Shown here: piece by piece, positions 57,501-64,000 of the stretch | How positions within the stretch are numbered: the first letter of the stretch is position 1 | Layout of the letters: every line of letters begins with the position of its first letter | Assembly: GCA_965197645.1 (NCBI GenBank) | Contig: OZ240219.1 | Span: forward strand, 1,280,001 to 1,344,000 | Source of the DNA: Dehalococcoidia bacterium | GTDB lineage: Bacteria; Chloroflexota; Dehalococcoidia; Plut-88900 | Length of the DNA stretch: 64,000 nucleotides | Direction: 5' to 3' | Notes under the pieces: generated by a model | What the model saw: the letters and a program-made list of their open reading frames with translations, nothing else | The model's database searches: none | What the model was told of the DNA's origin: nothing | Program-made: the position numbers and the translations under genes

Positions 57501-60057
57501 TAAGGAGTTCCAAGAGATCACCATCGTCCTCCAGAGCTCCGGTTCTGACTGCCTGCTCAACAGTATTCTCCACCTCGAAACTTTCACCGAGCTTCAATTC
57601 GGGCCTCAGCCGTACCCCCATCTCCTTTGCTGCGACTAACACTGCTAGGTAAAGGTCTTCCAAGGAAAGAAATCTGGTGATTGTCGGATTCGCATTCAAG
57701 CGGGCGAATCCAGACACGATCAGAGGGCGCAAGGCATCTTGCGTCGAATAGGTCTGGATATTTGGTGCTAGGCGCGCGGCCATCTGCCTTGAATCGGAGA
57801 AGATGAGGACTTTCCTCCCTCGGAGGGGAGCCAGTTTAGTCGCCCGCTTAGGACTTGGGGGTTGAACCTGAATCTGCTTCGAAATCAGAGCCTGAAACGG
57901 TTGATCCCCTTTAGTCTGATGGTCCTGAACGGAGGTTCGGCCAAATCCGGCGGTCTCACCACACCTTGCGCACGGCTTGAACTCGCCCAAGGGTGAATCG
58001 GTAGTGCCCTCATCTGTCGTAGGAGGATCCGCACGATTAGGACGCAAGTAGACCTGCCGGTTCCGCGCCCCCAAATGGAGCGGGTTCAACCGTCCTGTGA
58101 CCAGATCGTAGTCTGCGGGCTCGACCCTATCTGGGAAGGCTGGACCCTCCAAGAGTAGATCAATAGCATCCAATTCACCGTATAGCCCAGACAGTGTCCT
58201 AAACGCTCCGCCCGGCTCTGACCAGAGGAAGTCGGGGTCTTCTATTTCGTTCGTATACGCCCGGGCGTAGGCCGTGCCACAATTTCGGCACGTGTAGAGT
58301 TCAAGGACTCTGGCACCGCAATCGCATACATTGCGAGGTTGACTGAACAGCTTCCCCGAAGGTCCTCCTCGTTGATCTTCAGGGAGTTCACTGCACTGAG
58401 AGTCCATGCAAACCCACAGCCCGGCGAGGCCCCGGAAGAACGAGTGCACTCGGCAGGGCATTAAACCCGGCTGGTTTGAGTCAGGCTTCGCCATGCTGGC
58501 GAGAGCGATTAGGTTGGTGACGGCGCGTGCCGTATCCTCAGGCGGGACTCCATCGAACAGCGCCTCCCCTATTTCCTCGACTGGCTGAGCCTGGCTCATA
58601 GTCAGGTTGATAAGTGTCGCCAACGGCGGGAACGACTCTAGTGCTTGGTATAGCGCTTGGTGCAATTCGCCTGACGGCTCGACACCTCGGTAACGGAGGA
58701 ACTCTGCCACGTGCGACATTCGGTCAGACTCGGCCTCTGATTCGTAGAAGGCCATGAGGTCGATTGCTCCTAATGTGCGGGCATCTTCGGCCGAGGCCTT
58801 AGCTGCATTAGGACGTAGAAGAAGGTCCCCTTGAACTTTGCTAAAGTCTCCCGATTGCTTTCCAGTGAGTTGGGCAGCAAACTCCAGCGCGTAGTCCGGG
58901 TTCTGCATGCTCGCGCTGGTGCATATGACCTGTAGCCGCTCTGCCGGAATCCCGAGTCGTGCGCAGAGCCGCCGTATGAGCAGTGCTACTTCTGTGCCCG
59001 CAGCTCCGCGGTATAGGTGAGCTTCGTCGATGACCAACAGGAACGACTCATCAGGGTTCGCACGTAGCCATTCGCGCGTTTGATCAAAGATCGGCCTCTC
59101 CAGAGGGCGCATCATCATGTATTCCAGCATCGAGTAGTTCGTCACCAAGATGTCGGGAGGAGCAGCTTGTACTTCGTGTCGCGTTAACAGCTCAGGGTCT
59201 TGGGGTAGCGTAATCGCTCTCTTGAATTCTCCGGACTTCGAGTCCAGCCATCGCTGTCCCCTTTGGCCGTACCAACCTATCAAGTCGGGTTTAGCCGGCC
59301 ATTTGCCCCTCTCCTGCAATTCCCGGACCAGCGCCTCGGCCGCTGCTTGTTGAGGAGAAGAGGAGTCCCGCGAGGTTTCCAGATTGCTTATGTAGTAGTC
59401 CCTTATCGGCGCAAGCCTGACTTGGTCCTTCTTCGAGTCGCGTACTCCCGGGTACAGGGTCCGGCTTGTATATCGCGCGAATCGCGCAGGCCTTCCGGAC
59501 CACCGGATGAATCTGTCGCTAATGCGTGGGTCCGCGAACAAGAGCCTGAGCCGGCCAAGTTGGTCATTGACCAAGGCGTTCATTGGGTATAACACCATCG
59601 CCCGCACTGCTGGCGTTGCTCCAAACGCCTGCCCGTTCCTTTGGGCTTCAGAGGCCAGTTTGCCCAGGATGGGCAACAGGAAACACTCCGTTTTGCCAGA
59701 TCCAGTCCCCGTCATGACCACGAGGCTTCGGCCATCCACAAGCGTGAGCTTCGTGGAATCTGCTTGGTGTTGATATGGGGGATCATAGATCAGGCGGTTT
59801 AAGTCACCGTCGGTCTCAGAGACAGCGCCGAATACTTCAAGGGCAGCCGAATCAAGCCCGAGATCTTTGAACGCCGTGCCGGTCTTGTAGCGAGGTGTGC
59901 TCTCCAAGTAGGGTTGCTGGTGAATCACACCAGTTGTTCGGAGAATCTCCTGACGCTGAGCGACCAGGCTCGGATGGCTTATGTGATACGTCGCCTCGAT
60001 GTAATCCCTTAGAGCTTCTTGCATCTGCTGGATGGTCTCTACGATGGTTAGCGACAT
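54529..60057 (-). CDS. druE: Large DEAD/DEAH helicase with DUF1998/MZB domain, DruE-like
   Basis: TGTGSGKT, YPMNALVNDQ, DEAH, TTTMEVGIDIG, QRAGRAGRR, CPENCDRSCYRC; about 1840 aa; alternative start 60099. Confidence 0.75.
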   Translation of the reverse strand: MSLTIVETIQQMQEALRDYIEATYHISHPSLVAQRQEILRTTGVIHQQPYLESTPRYKTGTAFKDLGLDSAALEVFGAVSETDGDLNRLIYDPPYQHQADSTKLTLVDGRSLVVMTGTGSGKTECFLLPILGKLASEAQRNGQAFGATPAVRAMVLYPMNALVNDQLGRLRLLFADPRISDRFIRWSGRPARFARYTSRTLYPGVRDSKKDQVRLAPIRDYYISNLETSRDSSSPQQAAAEALVRELQERGKWPAKPDLIGWYGQRGQRWLDSKSGEFKRAITLPQDPELLTRHEVQAAPPDILVTNYSMLEYMMMRPLERPIFDQTREWLRANPDESFLLVIDEAHLYRGAAGTEVALLIRRLCARLGIPAERLQVICTSASMQNPDYALEFAAQLTGKQSGDFSKVQGDLLLRPNAAKASAEDARTLGAIDLMAFYESEAESDRMSHVAEFLRYRGVEPSGELHQALYQALESFPPLATLINLTMSQAQPVEEIGEALFDGVPPEDTARAVTNLIALASMAKPDSNQPGLMPCRVHSFFRGLAGLWVCMDSQCSELPEDQRGGPSGKLFSQPRNVCDCGARVLELYTCRNCGTAYARAYTNEIEDPDFLWSEPGGAFRTLSGLYGELDAIDLLLEGPAFPDRVEPADYDLVTGRLNPLHLGARNRQVYLRPNRADPPTTDEGTTDSPLGEFKPCARCGETAGFGRTSVQDHQTKGDQPFQALISKQIQVQPPSPKRATKLAPLRGRKVLIFSDSRQMAARLAPNIQTYSTQDALRPLIVSGFARLNANPTITRFLSLEDLYLAVLVAAKEMGVRLRPELKLGESFEVENTVEQAVRTGALEDDGDLLELLMELKNSSPPESLLRSIMNSITDRYYGLESLALASLVERSTHASKVIALPDIPQFAESEDEKLALARAWLRCWMRRGIWLSRMPGAWSSTVVRSHSGRFMAMNRLLTESSGRSLFERKWLPQLLETFAEPTTQGMFRLAGKELSLAIGGDWSYCQSCRTAQRPIPGRITCANCGHDSAEPINPDTDPVFVARKGYYRTSTLAALESPPRPPLALIAAEHTAQVNTAQADEIFSKAEEHEILFQDVDLGPGDTGRERPAIDVLSCTTTMEVGIDIGALSGVSLRNMPPARANYQQRAGRAGRRGTTIATVTAFGSADSHDEHYFEHPDQMIRGEVDDPTLTLGNPVIARRHVTAHLLQQYHQAKLPQISPDDQPHLFAVLGTVADFKNPGRVLNRADLEQWLRSNEVELKEDVDALLPREISGNERKELLDQVVEATLDSIDTAIQSEPPSTNAGGESSEEEDATSLEAPEEPGEEGPTRDPSEKLLDRLLYKAVLPRYAFPTDVAAFHVFDQERSTRFRAAYRYTPSQGLATALSQYAPGREVWIDGKLWTSGALYSPMSSDRYEAWTSRRLYYECKVCHYALTRELGEGERGENRHCEGCGGTGTMGPATYWLRPPGFAHPVSREEGTSPDDQPSRSYATRAKLTMATPSDPGNWTDLNERIRKHYARDYLLVTNRGPRDEGYSYCTRCGLIEPTATRDGQLGADHRKPYPDPGDPNCTGAGTTTGLVLGTDFISDVLLISIGVTPPLSLLPGLLPTNVALRTISEALTVAACRLLELDPNELQAEYRPALTEDGRKGLESEVYLYDTLPGGAGFARRVGELGLDVFEEALHILEACPENCDRSCYRCLRSYKNKFEHDLLDRHLGASLLRFLIHGSYPTMNAGRHQGSTRLLFEDLKRQELPGSTLELNHPVTLPSFGQVTIPIYVKRADGTELFVGLSEPLTRETPADAVLRDLKQAAQALPVVLCDEIVVSRNLPAATNHVVEEIFA

Positions 60058-60076
60058 ATATTCCCCACTCTTCCGG

Positions 60077-61156
60077 TCATGAGGGTTCTGGACTGCCATT
60101 CATTTCATCTAGCCACAGCACTTCCGTGGCGAAGCGTACTTCTTCCGCTACCTCATCCTCGGCTATTCGATAGGCGAAGAGACTTCCTGGCCTCGACACC
60201 AGATGTCCGATCGAGTCCAGTCTGCGTTGAGCCCACATCGGCAAGGGAGAGAAGAACTGCATGACATAGGAGTTCCCTGGGCCCAGGCTTATGCTGAATG
60301 TCTGGGCACTTCCCCTAGACGCGTCAATCGCCATCTGCAGACGCCATGCCTCATCGCAGCCGCGCCATCGACTGTCCGCCAGAGGTAGGTCCACGAGTCG
60401 CTCAGGTCTCCCGTTGCTCATTTCTATGTAGCACCACAGGTCTCCACCGTAGGCCTGGCTTCGACGGGCCACAAAACGTCCTGATAGCCGTCCTGCTGAA
60501 GTCCATCGCCCACGGTAGAATCGGACCGGGCGGCTACTGTCGAGCACCGACAATCCAGCCACCTCCCCCGAGGGCTGAGCTGCGTCAAGTAAACGGTCCA
60601 TATAGGCCAAGTGCTGCGTTGGGGCTTCTCGACGGGGTGCCCACAACCACTGATCACCAGGCGCTTCACTGAAACCTAACTGCTCGAGTTCGGCGCCAAG
60701 GTCTTCGCCGGGTCTGGGACTGAGGCGCCGCAGGTGACCCTCGTATTCGATGCGGTCCGCGAGACTATCGAGTACCGGAGTAGAGATGCCTAGGAGAATC
60801 GCGGCACCACTTTCTCTAGATACGAAGCTGGGGGAAGCCGCGTAAAGGAGGACTGCCGCGCGAGAGGTCACATCTGATTCTATGTCGCGGTGCTCAAGAA
60901 AGTCCCCAAGAGCTACCATAGCCTCCAGTGTTTCTCGGATCGTCTCTCTCGTCTCCTCCAAGTCTTCAACCAGTCCGCGCAATGGCTCGGAAACGGCGCG
61001 AACGAGCGTGGTAGAGGCGCAAGGGCACAGGAAGTTCGCAGCCCTCCTCAGAGCTGCGGCCATTGACTCGACTGAAGTGAGGTCAAATGCCGTCTTATCT
61101 AACCCTAGCTCGGCTACCTTGTTGGCGTGAACTTCGCTGGAGGTCAGGCGTCTCAT
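60077..61156 (-). CDS. Hypothetical protein, Druantia accessory (DruG-like by position)
   Basis: ATGA overlap with upstream gene; directly before the helicase. Confidence 0.6.
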   Translation of the reverse strand: MRRLTSSEVHANKVAELGLDKTAFDLTSVESMAAALRRAANFLCPCASTTLVRAVSEPLRGLVEDLEETRETIRETLEAMVALGDFLEHRDIESDVTSRAAVLLYAASPSFVSRESGAAILLGISTPVLDSLADRIEYEGHLRRLSPRPGEDLGAELEQLGFSEAPGDQWLWAPRREAPTQHLAYMDRLLDAAQPSGEVAGLSVLDSSRPVRFYRGRWTSAGRLSGRFVARRSQAYGGDLWCYIEMSNGRPERLVDLPLADSRWRGCDEAWRLQMAIDASRGSAQTFSISLGPGNSYVMQFFSPLPMWAQRRLDSIGHLVSRPGSLFAYRIAEDEVAEEVRFATEVLWLDEMNGSPEPS

Positions 61157-63999
61157 GCCCACCTCCAGCCCGAGTAGAGGGTCCCAGATGGAGAACCGGG
61201 GGGCATGTACGAATCTGCGGCAATGACAGCTAGCCTCGCAGATCGCGCGAGAGACGGCGAGTCCATAAGGTGACCTAGCCCGGTGCGTAGTTCTTGGCCC
61301 GCCCAAGATTCGGCGCCAGCGGGGTCGCTCGCTAGCCTCAACGCAAGCTCTGCCAGCCACTTAGGGGTAATGACGCCAGCAGCACTCGCGTCGATTGTCG
61401 TGGTTCGCCGAATGCTCTCAGGCAGAAGCCGATACTCCAGGGCTACTGAGGCTAGGCGGTCAACTCGATGGCCACAGCCTTCATGAGCCACAGTTTGCGC
61501 TTCGCGTAGTAGAACATCCCCCGCCCTTGACTCGGTAGGATCCCTGGAGATCGCACTGGATAAGGCTTGCAGGCCTCCGGAGTTCCTCGCTCCGGAAGTT
61601 GCCTCCTCTTCAGCTCTCGCCCAGTTATTTCCACCCAGGAGGCGAAAGAGCTCGAAGACTAGAGTGGCCAAGACCTTTTCACGTCGGAATGCAGCCAATA
61701 CATTGCCGGGCAGTCTCGCGCGACTCCACAGACCTGCAAACCCAACCACTCTGAGAGCAGAGTCTGGAGACCTGATTAATGGCTCAATATGCGGAGAAAG
61801 GGCCAGGTCCGCGAGGCCGTAACTCTGGCGGGGCACTGGAGGAACAATGATCGCAGCGCCGTGCTTCGAATTTTGCGCGACATACATTCCGCCCCGATCG
61901 GATGCTTGAATATCAGTCGCGTATGGTATCCGTTCTTCAGTACACGGCGTCTCGAATGCCACGCGGCTCAAGAGGGGTCGATCCGATTCGCCGCTGTCGT
62001 CGAATAGCCGGGCCAGATAGGCACTACCATCTCGCTTCAATGCCCATCGAAGGGGAGTGAATGGCCGTTCACATCGGAGTGTGAATCCGCCGAGGTCACC
62101 GGCTTTGAATTCCAGAGCGCATACGTTGGCCGAATCGTAGGCTTCCTGTACTTCCTCCTTGCTTCGAACGTATCTGTCGAAGTGCTTCTGCCAGTCTTCC
62201 GTGTCTACTGGCAGAGCTATCGGCGGAAGCTGCTTCACGAGAATTGGGGCGCCCCCATTTCTCTCAAACAACGACAAGCGACTCTCGACATCGCGGTGCT
62301 GTGGTCCCCGAAGTAAGACTTCGACCTCACCATCCCAAAGTTCTTCCATAGTCGGATGAGCAGGATCGATCTGTACCAACAGCGGGCCCCGATGATCAGC
62401 TACATGCGTCTGTGGCAAGTCCTCCCTAATTCGGACGACTGCTTCCTGGTCATCGAGAAGCTCAGGCTGACCTGCCAAACCACTCTGTGCGGAGAACTTA
62501 AGCCTATGGATGCCGACCGGAAGCCGGGGAAGCTCCAGAAACAGTGGCTCCCCTGGATTCAGGGATGCCACCTCGAAGGAATGAGGTGGGCTTGCGTCCA
62601 TTGAGACACGGACGGATGCCAGAGGGTGATCCGCAAGAATGGCGAGGCACGGTTGCTCCGAGGCGAACCACTCTCCGTGCCCATCGCCGTCCCATGCCGC
62701 TGCGGCCAGGCCGGCAGGCCAGACCTCTATCGTCCTTGCCTGCCCAAGCCCCAAGTCTAGAATAGCTTCTTGCCAATCTGTCTCAAGGGCCTCCGGCACG
62801 TCCAATATCGCCGCATGTATTCCCTTGCACGCTAGCTCTATCTGAGTAACATATTCGTCTGTCTCGATTGGCCCCACCGTACTGAGGAGTATGTAGCGTT
62901 CACCGGGTCTAACTCTCAGGCTCTTGCGCTCATAGGCCAATCCATCGGCCGCGACCCTCAACAGCCAGATGGGACCAGGGCGAAGTAGGCACTCCATACG
63001 AAGAAGGAAATCAAGCTGGGTATCTGCGCCTTCGAACTGCAGGAGGACCTCATCCGGCTTCGGCCAGTGGCCAAGCCTTACCTGCTGAGCGCCATGCAAG
63101 AGCCGACCTCTCGCCAAAGGCCGTCCCGCTGAACCTGCAACCATGCATCGAGACCCCGTCAGGATGTCCCGCGTCTGAGGAAAACGCAGCAAAAGATGCG
63201 AAAGTGCAGGGATTTCAAGGAGGATATCCCACGAAGCGCCAGTAGCATCTGTTGGTCGAGCCATCACGCGTGGTTCAATCCCTAGAACAGCGACCGCCGA
63301 CCTGGCTTCGTCCACTTGATTAATGCTGGAGGGATCTGTGCGACTACTAGGCGAAGAACCGAGACCACGGATTCGGACTCGTTCGTTTACCGAGCTACGC
63401 GCCTTTCGAAGCCACTCCCTGGCCTGCCGCTCACGGTCTAGATCCTCACTGATCCTCTCAAGGGTCGCCGGGTATATGAGTTCGCTCGTCCCGGCCTGCC
63501 CTTGAATGAGAAGGGCGGCAGCTATCTGTCCCAATAGTCGCGTCCCCTGTGCCAAGTTTTGGAATCGCGATGATGCATTCCAGCTACGCGCAGCAATGAC
63601 TTCACCCAGTAGCTCCGGGGACCTGAGAATATCTTCATTAAGGAGGAATCTGGAATCAAAGAGAGTCCGTGCCAGTTGTATTTGAAGGTCCTTTGGGAGG
63701 ATGGCGTGTGTAATTGGCCAACATATGATGGAAAAGTGTTCTGCCCAAGGACCCGATGGCACCGCACCACTGAACTCTCGCGCAAACCGTTGGTAGAAGT
63801 CTCGAATCCTGTAGCGGTCTCCATTGCGCAGCCATCCGGGTGTCTCCTGTTCGAAGGTCTGCCAATATTCGTCACCAGAGTACCGATAGCCCAGTTCAGC
63901 GGAATACACTATCCACGCCAGCCAGTGATTCTGTGATGGCCGGCGATGAGCGATGTGGGCTCGCACTGCGCTTTCTAGCTCTTCGACTTCCGCTTGGGT
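61153..63999 (-). CDS. Large hypothetical protein, Druantia accessory (DruF-like by position), 5' end outside window
   Basis: Frame open to window edge; GYRYSGDEYW, IICWPITHAILP. Confidence 0.6.
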   Translation of the reverse strand, partial: TQAEVEELESAVRAHIAHRRPSQNHWLAWIVYSAELGYRYSGDEYWQTFEQETPGWLRNGDRYRIRDFYQRFAREFSGAVPSGPWAEHFSIICWPITHAILPKDLQIQLARTLFDSRFLLNEDILRSPELLGEVIAARSWNASSRFQNLAQGTRLLGQIAAALLIQGQAGTSELIYPATLERISEDLDRERQAREWLRKARSSVNERVRIRGLGSSPSSRTDPSSINQVDEARSAVAVLGIEPRVMARPTDATGASWDILLEIPALSHLLLRFPQTRDILTGSRCMVAGSAGRPLARGRLLHGAQQVRLGHWPKPDEVLLQFEGADTQLDFLLRMECLLRPGPIWLLRVAADGLAYERKSLRVRPGERYILLSTVGPIETDEYVTQIELACKGIHAAILDVPEALETDWQEAILDLGLGQARTIEVWPAGLAAAAWDGDGHGEWFASEQPCLAILADHPLASVRVSMDASPPHSFEVASLNPGEPLFLELPRLPVGIHRLKFSAQSGLAGQPELLDDQEAVVRIREDLPQTHVADHRGPLLVQIDPAHPTMEELWDGEVEVLLRGPQHRDVESRLSLFERNGGAPILVKQLPPIALPVDTEDWQKHFDRYVRSKEEVQEAYDSANVCALEFKAGDLGGFTLRCERPFTPLRWALKRDGSAYLARLFDDSGESDRPLLSRVAFETPCTEERIPYATDIQASDRGGMYVAQNSKHGAAIIVPPVPRQSYGLADLALSPHIEPLIRSPDSALRVVGFAGLWSRARLPGNVLAAFRREKVLATLVFELFRLLGGNNWARAEEEATSGARNSGGLQALSSAISRDPTESRAGDVLLREAQTVAHEGCGHRVDRLASVALEYRLLPESIRRTTTIDASAAGVITPKWLAELALRLASDPAGAESWAGQELRTGLGHLMDSPSLARSARLAVIAADSYMPPGSPSGTLYSGWRWA

Positions 64000-64000
64000 C

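Larger units (their letters stand above)
46743..64000. mobile_element. Accessory/genomic island region downstream of tRNA-Asn, probably composite
   Basis: Visible shift to more AT-rich, different codon usage; defence genes; att-like tRNA fragment at 52299; no integrase in window. Confidence 0.6.

Overview
GC-rich bacterial window. Gene content (F420 enzymes, many amidohydrolase/SDR/enoyl-CoA hydratase paralogues, Rieske oxygenase, extended -10 promoters) suggests Chloroflexota, probably SAR202/Dehalococcoidia; this taxonomy is inference. 1-18 kb: cofE-npdG, small housekeeping genes, a complete caa3-type oxidase locus (ctaCDEF-G divergent from ctaA-ctaB-sco, with Rex-like operators), a PadR-HAAS module and a FadF-like Fe-S protein. 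18-46 kb: catabolic paralogue cluster, chdC coupled to an unusual HTH regulator, a small-ORF islet, gene remnants, REP-like repeats, and a BCP peroxiredoxin whose catalytic codon is TGA followed by a SECIS-like hairpin (probable selenoprotein, truncated in the ORF track). After tRNA-Asn(GTT) at 46668-46742 lies an accessory region: HAD hydrolase, Lcp/MpaB-type oxygenase + MmpL, an orphan tRNA-Ile 3' end (probable att site), DUF5678/aspartic protease pair, a restriction-endonuclease-like gene and a Druantia-like defence operon running off the right edge. All family calls are from motif recognition only; no database search was run.
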